Position numbers and translations under genes: made by a program. Of a stretch of DNA of 64,000 bases, positions 8,833-18,721 are shown one piece after another. The notes beneath the pieces were generated by a model. The model searched no databases and was not told the DNA's origin. It saw nothing but the letters and a program-made list of their open reading frames with translations. This DNA comes from an uncultured Fibrobacterota bacterium (GTDB lineage Bacteria > Fibrobacterota > Chitinivibrionia > Chitinivibrionales > FEN-1185), in the NCBI GenBank assembly GCA_963753345.1, contig CAVWBU010000026.1, forward strand, positions 228,398 to 292,397, written 5' to 3'. Each line of letters begins with the position of its first letter. Positions within the stretch are counted from its first letter, which is position 1.

Positions 8833-10233
8833 TCAATCATGAGCCGAAATCGAAAGCTTCCCCCGTGCCAGCACCACGGCCCGGATGGCGTTGTCGGTGA
8901 GGGTGACGCCGCCCAGGGCGAGCGAGTCGATGTCGCCGGTGACAAAGAGGTTCTTCGAGATTTCCTTGTGGGAGAGCATCTTCTGGACAAGGAGCTGCGT
9001 TTCGAGCAGGTGCTCGCGAAGCGGAAAGCGGAGAAACGGTTTCACCTTGTCAAGGATGATGCCGTGAAAGAGCCAGCCCGCGGCGGCATGCAGCGCGTTG
9101 CGCGTAGTGATGTCGAACTCCAGGTCCTCTATTGACACGGTGGAACTCGCTTCGTCGTACCGCACGCGGCCGATCACGTACACCGTACCCGAAAAGGAGC
9201 CGGTGAACTGGATGCTCACCACCGCATATCCCTGCATGCCGTACAGCGAGACGTCCTGGACGATCACTTCCTTGTCGCCTGCGGTAAAGTTCCTTCCCTT
9301 GAGCGCGCTTATGAGCATCTGGCTTGCGCTTGCATAGGAAATCTCGCTGTACAGGTTTATCACGAACGACGTGTCGATGCTGTCCGACACCGTGAACGGC
9401 GGCAGCGAATCGACCGGGTTTGACGCGGGCCGGTTACCCAGGAACGTTTCGGCAACCGAGCGTATGCCCACCGACCCCCGGATGGTTCCTGCCGTGCCCG
9501 AAAGCTGGGTCATGTACACCGACTGCGGGGAAAGCCTCAGCCACAGGCTGTCGGGCGCATTGGTGAGCAGGATGGGCGTCTGGATGCGCGTCCAGAGGGG
9601 CTGCAGCATTTTCTTGAGGTCGAGAGAGCCGTTCACGGCGCTGTCGACCATCGCGCCGAGCATATTCTGCTGTGTCAAGAGAATGACGTCCGCGACCGGA
9701 GTGACGGGAATGGCAACAAACCGCAGGCGCAGCATGGGCTCGGATATCCATTCGTACCCGTCCGATTGCGTTGCGGTGACCACCTTCCAGTCGTTCTTGA
9801 CGGAAAAGTGCGAGCGGAACTTGAGCGCCAGCGCCGCCTCCACCTCCTGGTATTCGGTGTGCGAGAACCCAAGCGCACCGACCGTGAACTGAAATTGCAG
9901 CCAGATCTTCAGCGGCACGCGGTACGATATTTCGTTTCCGTCAAGCGCTATCCGGATTGAGTCGCCCTTCCACACCTTAAGCTTGACCGGCTTCATGCCG
10001 GCAACGGTCATGGTGTCGCATTCGTAAAGAAGGCCGTTCACCTGGTCGTTGAGGAGCTTCTCCAGGTACCACGATTTCATCTCAAGGGGCACGTCGATCA
10101 CCGACGGCACGGGCGCAAACGCGGCCGCGGGAGAGATGTCGGCCGGCAGCTCGGGCTTGGCGTTCTGGAGGGAAGGCTGCTTGCAGGATACAACAGCGAG
10201 GAAAAAGGAAAGGAGGATGATTTGTTTTTTCAT
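8833..10233 (-). CDS. DUF4403-family lipoprotein
   Basis: Lipobox-like LAVVSC signal; length and pattern (VPLKIW, WISEP, WLRLSP, FSGTVYVIG) resemble DUF4403. Confidence 0.7.
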   Translation of the reverse strand: MKKQIILLSFFLAVVSCKQPSLQNAKPELPADISPAAAFAPVPSVIDVPLEMKSWYLEKLLNDQVNGLLYECDTMTVAGMKPVKLKVWKGDSIRIALDGNEISYRVPLKIWLQFQFTVGALGFSHTEYQEVEAALALKFRSHFSVKNDWKVVTATQSDGYEWISEPMLRLRFVAIPVTPVADVILLTQQNMLGAMVDSAVNGSLDLKKMLQPLWTRIQTPILLTNAPDSLWLRLSPQSVYMTQLSGTAGTIRGSVGIRSVAETFLGNRPASNPVDSLPPFTVSDSIDTSFVINLYSEISYASASQMLISALKGRNFTAGDKEVIVQDVSLYGMQGYAVVSIQFTGSFSGTVYVIGRVRYDEASSTVSIEDLEFDITTRNALHAAAGWLFHGIILDKVKPFLRFPLREHLLETQLLVQKMLSHKEISKNLFVTGDIDSLALGGVTLTDNAIRAVVLARGKLSISAHD

Positions 10234-10416
10234 GACTGATTTTTTGGGCCTCAGGGTGAGCGGTTGACTCATCAGATCAAGAAGGAACAATGGTTCCAAC
10301 AATGGATATAAGCGCCATGGGTGGCTCGGAAAGGAATATAAATGATAGCCGTGGACGAAAAAAATACGGCTTGTCAACCATAGGGGTCAACAAACCGCAT
10401 TTCCGGCAGAATCAGC

Positions 10417-11166
10417 TTACATCTCGTGATGATGATGCTTGTGCGGCCCCCATCCGCCGAGCACCAGCCTGATATACGGACCCGCCTGCTGGATGGACGG
10501 CAGATCGCTCAGGACGACTCCGTCGGAATACCAGCGTTTGGTGTAGTACAGGTCCGCAAGGAATCCCACCCTCAGCCCTGCCGTAAGCCCCCTGGTGCCG
10601 TCTTTGTTGGCAAACAGGAAATTTGACCCGAGCCCGAGGTCAAGCAGCGGGGTGAACTGCCAGGCGTAAACATTCGGTTCGCTTGTCGCAAGGAGCGAGG
10701 CGAGGGTTCTTGAATTTGCACGGAAGAACATCGCGTTCAGTCCCGCGCCCAGTCCGAGATACGGGTACAGGCTTGCAAACAGGTCGGGCGGCAGCACATT
10801 GAACCCGGCCCTGCCGGTAATGTCACCGACGAACAGCGAGGTTCGCAGACCCGCGTTGAGATTGTCGCCGTAAATGTCTAGCGACAGCGAGCGCTCCATG
10901 ATCAGCCTGCGGAACTCCTTTTCCCTTCCGAACGACAATGTCCAGGCGTGGTCAGGAAATCCGCTGAGGCCGGATGAAGCAAGAAAACCGTTCAGTTGTC
11001 CCAGGGAAGTCCACGAGATCCCCGGGCTCACATAGCCGAACTCGCGGGTCGGCGTCATCATCTTTTTCATCGCCGAATCGCGGCTTTCCTGGTTCGGCTC
11101 TTCTGCGGCAACGGCCGACAGCGAAAGCAGCAGCATGCTTAACAAGATCCTGTTGAGCGTTCTCAT
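10417..11166 (-). CDS. Exported, probably outer-membrane beta-barrel protein with a His-rich C-terminus
   Basis: Signal peptide, alternating beta-strand pattern (YPYLGLGAG, GLRVGF), ends HKHHHHEM; good RBS. Confidence 0.65.
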   Translation of the reverse strand: MRTLNRILLSMLLLSLSAVAAEEPNQESRDSAMKKMMTPTREFGYVSPGISWTSLGQLNGFLASSGLSGFPDHAWTLSFGREKEFRRLIMERSLSLDIYGDNLNAGLRTSLFVGDITGRAGFNVLPPDLFASLYPYLGLGAGLNAMFFRANSRTLASLLATSEPNVYAWQFTPLLDLGLGSNFLFANKDGTRGLTAGLRVGFLADLYYTKRWYSDGVVLSDLPSIQQAGPYIRLVLGGWGPHKHHHHEM

Positions 11167-11440
11167 ACATGCCTCCTTGATGGTGTATCTCCTCTCGGGA
11201 AGGTGCCCGCTTCCCCTTCTTCCTATCTCTGTATTGTTAATTTACGGACAAGTGCCGTGAGAATTGCGGGTTTTGGATGATTAATCGCCACGGTTGGGCC
11301 GATTAGGACTGCGGGGACCATGCCATGCGCCGGCAATCCAGCGGGTTTACAGGAGCTTGCATCAAATTTTGCAGGGGGTTATTTTTGTCCCGTTCATCGG
11401 TACGCTGCGTTTCCCACAGAATGCGAAGGATGCCACACCC

Positions 11441-12493
11441 ATGCCTCTCAAACTCACCTGGGCGGAACGCCAGATCTTCCTAAACCGCGCATGGGGGCCC
11501 GGTCCTCTGCTCGACATGTTTTCCGCGCTCGGGTTCAAGGCGGTGTGCGCCGCCGTGAAGCTGAGTCTGTTTGAGACCCTGGAATCCGGCGGCCCTCAAA
11601 CGCCGGCGCAGGTCGCTTCGACCATCGGCGCCGACGGCCGGGGCGTGGAACTTCTCCTGCGCGTGCTGCAGGGACTGGGGTACGTGCGCCGAAGGGGAAA
11701 ATCGCGTTATGTCAATTCTCCGATGACCCGCGCCTGGATGCTTCCCGACTCGCCGGTCGACTGCTCCGTCATGCTGGGATATTTCGAGGACGCCTGCGAG
11801 CGCTGGTCGAGGCTCGATGCCTCAATCCGCGGCGGCGCGCCGGCCGAGACCTGCGACAAGTGGCTCAACCGCCACCCGGGAACCTGGGAGCGCTATCACG
11901 CGAACATGTACGGTGTGGCGCGGCTTATCTCCGGGGAAATCGGGGCGCGGTGCAAACTGCCGCCGTCCGCGAAACGGCTCATCGACCTCGGCGGCGGCCA
12001 CGGGCTTTACAGCGTGGAATTCTGCAGGCGCAATCCCTTGCTCTCCGCCGTGGTCTTTGACTGGCCGCAGGCCAGGGCAGCCGCCGAGCAAACGATACGC
12101 AACCACGGGATGGCCGAAAGGGTTCGCTTTACGGAGGGGGATTTCTTCCGTGACGACATCGGCGCCGGCTACGACGCCGCGCTCCTGTTCAACGTGATCC
12201 GGATCTTCATGGAGGGCGACGCCGTGGCGCTCCTTTGCAAGGCGCGGGACGCGCTCAGGGCGGGCGGCAAGGTGTTCGTTGCAGATCAGTTCAACTCAAG
12301 AACGCCCACGGAGTTCTCTAAAGTAAACGCATTTCTCGTTCACCTCGAACTGTACAACGGGTGTCCGGGCATTTCGTACACCGCCTCCCAGGCAATGGAC
12401 ATCCTGGGCAAGGCGGGATTTTCGCAGGCACGGGAAATTCCGCTCAGGCGCGCCGGGGGCGTGAGCGTGATCGAGGCGGTGCGCGGCTCCTAG
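11441..12493 (+). CDS. SAM-dependent O-methyltransferase (dimerisation plus Methyltransf_2 domains)
   Basis: LIDLGGGHG, VFDWP and FTEGDFF motifs, with an N-terminal wHTH dimerisation region. Confidence 0.88.
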   Translation: MPLKLTWAERQIFLNRAWGPGPLLDMFSALGFKAVCAAVKLSLFETLESGGPQTPAQVASTIGADGRGVELLLRVLQGLGYVRRRGKSRYVNSPMTRAWMLPDSPVDCSVMLGYFEDACERWSRLDASIRGGAPAETCDKWLNRHPGTWERYHANMYGVARLISGEIGARCKLPPSAKRLIDLGGGHGLYSVEFCRRNPLLSAVVFDWPQARAAAEQTIRNHGMAERVRFTEGDFFRDDIGAGYDAALLFNVIRIFMEGDAVALLCKARDALRAGGKVFVADQFNSRTPTEFSKVNAFLVHLELYNGCPGISYTASQAMDILGKAGFSQAREIPLRRAGGVSVIEAVRGS

Positions 12494-12591
12494 ACGCCTT
12501 CGCAGATGTCCCTCATTTATCTGTTGCGCTAAAACAGGAACATACTATTTTTCTCTTTGGATACTCCCTTCCTTTTTTACAGGAGGCTACC

Positions 12592-13104
12592 GTGAGAAAA
12601 TCAATGAAAGTCGCCGCGGCACTGTGTCTAGCCGCGCTCTTTGTTTCCTGCAGCTCGCCTTCGTCTTCCTCTTCGACTACTCCGGTCACACCCAAAGCGT
12701 TTACGTTGACCGCCACTGTTGATGGCACAACGCAGTTTTCCGGCGGCGCCACGATCACAATCTTTCCTAACGGCAATACGTCGGTGATCGATATTAAGGC
12801 CACCTCTTCGTCGCTGGGTCAAAGCATGGAGCTTTCTTTTGTGTCTCAGTCAAAGGTGACAGCGCCGGTCACGCTTGGCCCTACCAGCCCGGGATTTGTG
12901 AGGGGCCAATACTTCTATGGTGACGTGGGGAGCAATACAGTCTGGCTCAGTGGAGACACCGCTACTGCAACCGTCGATTCCTTTTTCGTGGGACCGACCG
13001 ATACGACCCTTGCCGTTGATTTTTCATTCGCTGCATGGGGCGGTGAAGGTACAGGAACCGCGACCCTCAAGAATGTCACGGCAGGAAGGGTTCGGAAGAA
13101 CTGA
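12592..13104 (+). CDS. Hypothetical lipoprotein
   Basis: AGGAGG RBS, LFVSC lipobox, Ser/Thr linker. Confidence 0.7.
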   Translation: MRKSMKVAAALCLAALFVSCSSPSSSSSTTPVTPKAFTLTATVDGTTQFSGGATITIFPNGNTSVIDIKATSSSLGQSMELSFVSQSKVTAPVTLGPTSPGFVRGQYFYGDVGSNTVWLSGDTATATVDSFFVGPTDTTLAVDFSFAAWGGEGTGTATLKNVTAGRVRKN

Positions 13105-13130
13105 CGCCGAATAATCGTGTCTATCAAAAA

Positions 13131-13165
13131 CGAAAGAGGCGCGGGCAAAATCCGCGCCTCTTTTG
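13131..13165. terminator. Intrinsic, probably bidirectional, terminator
   Basis: AAAGAGGCGCGG-GCAAAAT-CCGCGCCTCTTTT hairpin between convergent genes. Confidence 0.75.
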
Positions 13166-13191
13166 TCATCTCCTAACGTTCCGATCCGCTG

Positions 13192-13422
13192 CTAGTTGTA
13201 CATCCCCAGGTGCCGCCGCACAGTTTCCGTGAGCTTTCCCCACGGAATAAAGATGGAATCGGTGCGGATGCGGTTCTGCGGCCCCGTGGTCACCTGGTGG
13301 ATGATCTCGACGCCGTCCTTCTCCTCGTAATACCAGTTGTGCTCGTCGATATTCTGCGGTGCAACCGAATGGTGCACGAGATGAATGTTCCGCTCCAGGC
13401 CCGTGTCGCTCTGCTTTCTCAT
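13192..13422 (-). CDS. Small hypothetical protein
   Basis: ATG with AGGAGA RBS; co-oriented with the upstream operon; coding-like codon usage. Confidence 0.6.
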   Translation of the reverse strand: MRKQSDTGLERNIHLVHHSVAPQNIDEHNWYYEEKDGVEIIHQVTTGPQNRIRTDSIFIPWGKLTETVRRHLGMYN

Positions 13423-13459
13423 GAGAAGTTCTCCTTTTCCTGCGGCACAAACGCCGCCG

Positions 13460-14218
13460 CTATTCTTCCTTAATAGTGATATTGCCGCTGGTAGCCGAAC
13501 AGGTGATGACGGCCGTGGAATCCCCGCCGTTGAGGGCGGTTTTATTTCCGTGCGGAGTGGTAATGACCCCTGATTTTGTGGAAAGCGCCAGGTTCGCGCT
13601 GAAGCTGCGCGGGACGCTGATGCTGATATTCCCGCTTGTCGTGTTGAATGTTGCGCTTGCAAAGGTGCTGTCCGGCTCAAGGGTTGCGTCGATGTTCCCG
13701 CTTGTCACGCTGATGTAGCAGCCGTGGACGACGTCGGCGCTTACGTTGCCGCTGGTGGATTCCAGATTGATAAACCCGTTGATGCCGGAGAGCGTGATGT
13801 TGCCCGAGCTGGTTGTTGCGTACACGTCAAGCGAACGGTTGACCACAAGGGTCGCCTCTTCGAACCGGAGAAGCTCCCACAGGTCCTTGTTGTCGGTGAG
13901 GGAGAACCCCACCGTTGCCACGCCGTTTGCCGGGGTGACCGTCACGGTAAGCTGGTCGGCCGCGGTCTCGCCCGAACCCTGTATCGCCATTTCGCTCACC
14001 GTGAGGGTCGCCTTGACGACCGAATCGGCGGTCCCGCTTACCGTGATATTGCCCAGACGGTCGCCCAGATCGATCGACGCTACGTTGACGGAAGCGCTTG
14101 AGCACTCGCCGCTTTTCTCGGTGGTGATCCTCGTTGCGTTAAAGACGCATCCGGCCGCACCCGCCGCGGCGAGCGCCGCCAGGGGCCACAGAAGGCTTCG
14201 AACCGTTTTCACGTTCAT
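13460..14218 (-). CDS. DUF4097 beta-strand-repeat (putative adhesin) lipoprotein
   Basis: Lipobox AAGC; repeated T(S/T)SGNI units. Confidence 0.8.
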   Translation of the reverse strand: MNVKTVRSLLWPLAALAAAGAAGCVFNATRITTEKSGECSSASVNVASIDLGDRLGNITVSGTADSVVKATLTVSEMAIQGSGETAADQLTVTVTPANGVATVGFSLTDNKDLWELLRFEEATLVVNRSLDVYATTSSGNITLSGINGFINLESTSGNVSADVVHGCYISVTSGNIDATLEPDSTFASATFNTTSGNISISVPRSFSANLALSTKSGVITTPHGNKTALNGGDSTAVITCSATSGNITIKEE

Positions 14219-14236
14219 CGGAGTGCGGTCCTTTCG

Positions 14237-15370
14237 TCAGAAGTTGAAGGCGTAGGACATGCCCACGTCGATCCACAGTGCGCCCTGCGGCAGCACGCCC
14301 GAGTGCTGGCTCAGCGCCGCGGTGTAGTAGGGTCCGTAGGCCGCGTAGTTGAGGCGCACAAGGGGGCTAATCGAAAAATGATTTCGTACCCATACTTCGT
14401 TGAACAGCGCAAGGAACGGCGCCACGCTTGCGCGGGCAGGGTGCCCCGCGCCCACCCGCCCCTCCACCGAAACGCCTGCCACGGCGCCGAGCTGCAGTCT
14501 CTTGACAGGAAAGATTGCGAATCGCGCCGAAGGAGATGCCGCCACCGCGTACCGCTGTCCGTCCGGCGTCTCCTCCCAGTAAGCCGTGATGTCCTGCAGG
14601 CCCAGGTCGAAGTTCTTGGTGAGCGTGTAGGTGAGGAACATGCCGTGGAGAAGGAGCAGGTCCAGCTTCTGCTGGTTGTAGGGACCGACGTCGGTGATGC
14701 GGAGCTGGAACCCGAAATGCAGGGGAAACCGTTTTGAAAGCGCAAGCGGGTTCTGGTCTTCGGCGAGCCTGTTGGCTTTTTCCGAAAGGTCTTCCGCAAG
14801 GTCTTCGCGCTTGCCGGCGGTCTCCTCGAGTTCACGGGCCTTGACGGACATCTCCCGGGATTTGTCGAGGAGCTCCTGGGAGTTTTCCTGGATTTCCTGC
14901 ACCAGTTTTTTCTGCTGTTCCAGGTCCTGCGACGTATCACTTGACATATGCGAAAGCACGGCGTCGAGGCTGTCCGCCTGGAATTCGTACAGGGAATCTT
15001 CCGCGGTCTTCGCGCCGTGCGCCCGCCTCACGCGCTCGACGTCGGCCTGGATGAGTTTCTTGATCCGCTCGATTTCCGTTCGCACCTGCCCGGCGGCGTG
15101 GCGGACGTCCTGCTCGCCGATTTCCTGCTGGAGTTTTTCCGCCTTTTGCTGGGCTTCGACGGCCCGCTTTTCAGCGTCGTCGGACGAGCGGTTGAGGGTA
15201 TCTGCCAGATCGCGCAGCGCCTTTGCCTCCGCCTTGAGCCGCGCCGCGTCGGCGCGCAGGCTTTCAACGCTCACGCGGTTGGTTGCGGAATCTTGGGCCG
15301 CGTTCAGGGGAAAAAAAAGTGCGAGCAGAATTGCGGGCATCGCGCGCACCAGTTTCGACGAAAGTGTCAT
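14237..15370 (-). CDS. Exported protein with an N-terminal coiled coil and a C-terminal beta-barrel
   Basis: Signal peptide, about 190 aa E/K/A/Q-rich heptad region, barrel-like C-terminus ending in F (YAFNF). Start uncertain. Confidence 0.65.
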   Translation of the reverse strand: MTLSSKLVRAMPAILLALFFPLNAAQDSATNRVSVESLRADAARLKAEAKALRDLADTLNRSSDDAEKRAVEAQQKAEKLQQEIGEQDVRHAAGQVRTEIERIKKLIQADVERVRRAHGAKTAEDSLYEFQADSLDAVLSHMSSDTSQDLEQQKKLVQEIQENSQELLDKSREMSVKARELEETAGKREDLAEDLSEKANRLAEDQNPLALSKRFPLHFGFQLRITDVGPYNQQKLDLLLLHGMFLTYTLTKNFDLGLQDITAYWEETPDGQRYAVAASPSARFAIFPVKRLQLGAVAGVSVEGRVGAGHPARASVAPFLALFNEVWVRNHFSISPLVRLNYAAYGPYYTAALSQHSGVLPQGALWIDVGMSYAFNF

Positions 15371-15547
15371 GTGAAACCTCGTTTGTGCTGAACGATAGGG
15401 GCCGGGTTCTGTAGAAGAATTTACCATTGCCTTTGTAAGCCGGGCAATCACGGAATCCGCCACCTGCACGCGGGGTCGGTGAACTGCATCGCGCGACAGG
15501 CGGTAACGGGGAAATCGGGCGCTTCTGTCAACAAACGGGAGGGGCGG

Positions 15548-16258
15548 TCACGCGGCCGGGCTTTCCAGCCTTGTGCGGATTGCCTGATAATGCGTCCGGC
15601 TCACCGGGAGCAGGGTACCGTCGCGCAGCTCGAGCTCGTACCTGCCGCCGCCATGGACGCGGATTTCCTTTGCGTCAAGCAGGTTCACGATGTACGACTT
15701 GTGAATGCGGCAGTAGGTTGGGGGCAGGAGGCGGGAGAGCGACTCCATGGACTTGGCGTACAGCTCGAGGGTGCCGTTGGTCAGGTGGAGTTCCACGTAA
15801 TCGTCGGCCCCCTTGAAGAACCGAACGGATTCCACGGGGATGAGCCGGACCGCGCCCAGGTTTTTTACGGCAAGGAGCCGCATGCCGGGCGACGGCGCGG
15901 GCACGGCCGACCGGAGCCTGTCGAAAGCCTTTTTGAGGCGCTCGCGGTCGTAGGGCTTGGGCACGAAGTCGAGCACGCCGTACTCGAACGCCTTGACGGC
16001 CTGGTCAAGGCTTGCCGAGACCACAATGGTGTGGAACGATCCTGCCGCCATGCGCGACAGCAGTTCGAAGCCGCTGGCGCCGTTCAGGTTGAGGTCGAGA
16101 AGCACGAGGTCGGCACGGTGGCCGGCAAGGTGTTCCTCGGCCCCGGCGAGGGAGTTCTTTATTGCCAAGGAACCGGCGGCGGCGCCGAGGATCTCGGCGG
16201 TCATGCGCTCAAGCCGGCGTGCGGCAAGCGCCTCGTCTTCCACAATGAGGATGTCCAT
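15548..16258 (-). CDS. LytTR-family response regulator
   Basis: ILIVEDE, LLDLNL and FVPKP receiver motifs; RIHKSYIVN and LPVSR LytTR motifs. Confidence 0.93.
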   Translation of the reverse strand: MDILIVEDEALAARRLERMTAEILGAAAGSLAIKNSLAGAEEHLAGHRADLVLLDLNLNGASGFELLSRMAAGSFHTIVVSASLDQAVKAFEYGVLDFVPKPYDRERLKKAFDRLRSAVPAPSPGMRLLAVKNLGAVRLIPVESVRFFKGADDYVELHLTNGTLELYAKSMESLSRLLPPTYCRIHKSYIVNLLDAKEIRVHGGGRYELELRDGTLLPVSRTHYQAIRTRLESPAA

Positions 16259-16260
16259 GG

Positions 16261-18069
16261 TCACGCTGCCCCCTGCACAATCTCCATGCGCGCCTCCCAG
16301 CCTCCCGGCACCGGGCCGCCGGAAAATTTCCATGCCCCCGGAAACGCCTCCTCAAGTCGGGTCTTTACGTACCGGACGCCGGTTCCCTCGGGGCCCGGAA
16401 CCACGGCCGCGTCGCCTACGCCGTCGTTGAAAATAATGTAGGTGACGCGCGCGCCGTCCGTCTTCCGGCGGAACACGAACTTCCCGCGGCCGTCCTTGCA
16501 ACCGTGGGTGAGGCCGTTTTCCACCAAGGTGTGCAATACCAGGGGCGGAACGCGTTCGGCCTCCGGCGCTGTTTCCGCTTCAAGAACGTAGGCGCGGTCG
16601 TGGCGCAGTCCCATCACCTCAAGGTGAAGGCCGCACAGCCTGAGTTCTTCGTTGACCGGAACGAGTTTCTCCTTTGAAAACTGAATCATCAGACGCAGCT
16701 CTTCGGCAAGGGCGTTGACAAGACGGACCGCATTGGCGGGGTTCTCCTCCAGCCACGCGACAATGGAGTTGAGCGAATTAAGCAGGAAATGGGGCTGGAT
16801 GTGCTTCTTGAGAAGCTCGAGTTCGAGCCGCGCGCTCCGCAGCTCGCTTTCCTGGCGTCTGCGGTTCTGTTCGGCCATCTGGCGGGAGAGCGACAGCGTG
16901 AGCAATACGATGAGCGCGCAGAACCCCAGGGCCCAGGCATAATCGGTGCGGCGCTGGAACGAAACGTAGATGCCGGCAAACAGCGCGATGCAGCCCGAAA
17001 GGGCGAGCACGGCCCCCTTGTTTCTGCGCAGAACATTGATAAAAGCGATAACCGCCGAGAACAGCGTCACGGCATACATCAGGAAACGGTTCGCAACGTC
17101 GAAGACGGGAAGCCAGCCCACCGGCAGCAGCCCGAACATAATGAGCCGTGGCGGCACGATACAGGCAAGCGCCACGACAGCAATTGCGGCCGAGAGTTTG
17201 TGGCGCAGCGGGTGGGCGAACTCGTACAGAAAGAAGACCGGCAGAAGCGCCATCATGAGGAACCACGGGATGTCGTTGACAAGTGCGATGGCGTAGTAAT
17301 GCGCCAGGTTGGTGGGGAAGTAGCTTACGGCGACGTCGATGAGCAGGTACACGGCCGACGACAGGCACAGCACCGCGAACAGCGCGTAGGCGGGCCCGCG
17401 CGCGCGTCCGAGGATCACGGCGAAGTGGAACAGGGCGGTGATGAGGAAGACCCCGGCGCACAGGATCAGCAGGGTCTGGCTGCGGCGCATGCCGCCGAGC
17501 AGCTCGTCGAAATAGCCTATTTGTAAAGGAGTTTCCACGAGGCCGGAGAACGTTTTTGCGTTTCCCACCCTGAGCGCGACCGTGTGCCTGCCCGGCGTTG
17601 CAAGGTAGCGCGGCACAATCGCAAACGCCGCCGAAACGCCGGGGGCCTCGGGAGAATTTCCCATGGCGATCCTGCCGTTTTGCGAAATGAGAACGCCGTC
17701 CCAGTACAACTCCGAGGCGCATACAGCGGCGCGGCAGAACAGGCCGCAGGGCCTCAGGGAATCGAGCGGCTCCGGAAGAAAGATCGTCTTGCGGTACCAC
17801 TGCACGCCCGTGCCCGGCGCCTTGTCGCGCGCCCACAGCGTCCCGACCGCTTCGGCGGTCCAGCGCGAATCATCGAAGCCTGGAAAGCGCCATGCGGAAT
17901 CGTCTCCCCGGCGTGTTTTCCACAGCGCCAGAAAGGTGACCGGCGTTTCATTGGGAAACAGGTACACGGCCGTGGAATCGGCAGGCTGGGCGCCGCATTC
18001 CGGAATTCCGCAGACGCCGCAGACAATCAGTATATTTAGAATGACACGAACTGCCAATAATTGGCGCAT
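16261..18069 (-). CDS. LytS-type sensor histidine kinase with an extracytoplasmic sugar-binding-like domain and a 7TM region
   Basis: IQPHFLLNSLN and LHTLVENGLTHG; N-terminal W..PGFDDS.W and GVQWYRKT (GH2-N galactose-binding-like); about 7 TM helices. Confidence 0.88.
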   Translation of the reverse strand: MRQLLAVRVILNILIVCGVCGIPECGAQPADSTAVYLFPNETPVTFLALWKTRRGDDSAWRFPGFDDSRWTAEAVGTLWARDKAPGTGVQWYRKTIFLPEPLDSLRPCGLFCRAAVCASELYWDGVLISQNGRIAMGNSPEAPGVSAAFAIVPRYLATPGRHTVALRVGNAKTFSGLVETPLQIGYFDELLGGMRRSQTLLILCAGVFLITALFHFAVILGRARGPAYALFAVLCLSSAVYLLIDVAVSYFPTNLAHYYAIALVNDIPWFLMMALLPVFFLYEFAHPLRHKLSAAIAVVALACIVPPRLIMFGLLPVGWLPVFDVANRFLMYAVTLFSAVIAFINVLRRNKGAVLALSGCIALFAGIYVSFQRRTDYAWALGFCALIVLLTLSLSRQMAEQNRRRQESELRSARLELELLKKHIQPHFLLNSLNSIVAWLEENPANAVRLVNALAEELRLMIQFSKEKLVPVNEELRLCGLHLEVMGLRHDRAYVLEAETAPEAERVPPLVLHTLVENGLTHGCKDGRGKFVFRRKTDGARVTYIIFNDGVGDAAVVPGPEGTGVRYVKTRLEEAFPGAWKFSGGPVPGGWEARMEIVQGAA

Positions 18070-18221
18070 ATTCAGGATGATTTCGTGAAAGAAGTCGTAT
18101 CCTTTACAGTGCCGGATTTCCCGTATGTCAGGATTTCGATCATAAGAATACTTGATGGGACATCCGCGTGCGAGAAAATAATTCGCGGCTGCCGGCGGCA
18201 CTTCCGGGAGCATTTCCGGGC

Positions 18222-18707
18222 ATGACAAGCAAACGGAAACAATTGCGAGGATTCCGATCAACGGCGGCGGTTTTGGCCCTTATCGCGCTGTGTATGGGCT
18301 GGCTTCCCTTTGCGCGCTCCGCGCGGGCGCAGGTCTTCCGGGGATATTCGCAGAGCGGTTCTTTACAGATGAAATCGGACCTGCGGGGCAACAGAAAAGT
18401 CATCACCACGTATTACGCGAGCGGCAAGCTCGAGGCGGTTTACGAATACGAAGACGGGAAGCTGAACGGCGTGACGCGCCAGTACTACGAAAACGGGGTG
18501 CTGAGGACCGAAACCTGGTACAAGAACGACAAGCGGGACGGTACGGCGAAGTTCTATTATCCGAGCGGCATGCTCAAGGCGAGGATCGAGTATCAGAACG
18601 ATGTGCAGACGGGCGTGCCACGGCTGTACGACGAGAAAGGCAGGCCTCTTCCGGTTCCCGGCGCAGAAAAACCCGCCGCCACCGTCCCTTCCTCTTCTGC
18701 TCGATAA
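18222..18707 (+). CDS. MORN-variant repeat (YwqK-like) exported protein
   Basis: Repeats YYASGKL, YYENGVL, YYPSGML, YDEKG. Confidence 0.8.
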   Translation: MTSKRKQLRGFRSTAAVLALIALCMGWLPFARSARAQVFRGYSQSGSLQMKSDLRGNRKVITTYYASGKLEAVYEYEDGKLNGVTRQYYENGVLRTETWYKNDKRDGTAKFYYPSGMLKARIEYQNDVQTGVPRLYDEKGRPLPVPGAEKPAATVPSSSAR

Positions 18708-18721
18708 AGAGTATTGTCCTG

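Noticed and set aside
15460-15490. Possible LytTR binding direct repeat (minus strand GCAGTTCAC-N11-GCAGGTGGC)
   Set aside because: The second half-site is a poor match and the 20-bp period differs from the usual 21 bp; too weak to call.
18222-18707. YwqK-like protein as the antitoxin of a toxin-antitoxin pair
   Set aside because: No adjacent toxin gene; MORN-variant repeats with a signal peptide are common outside TA systems.
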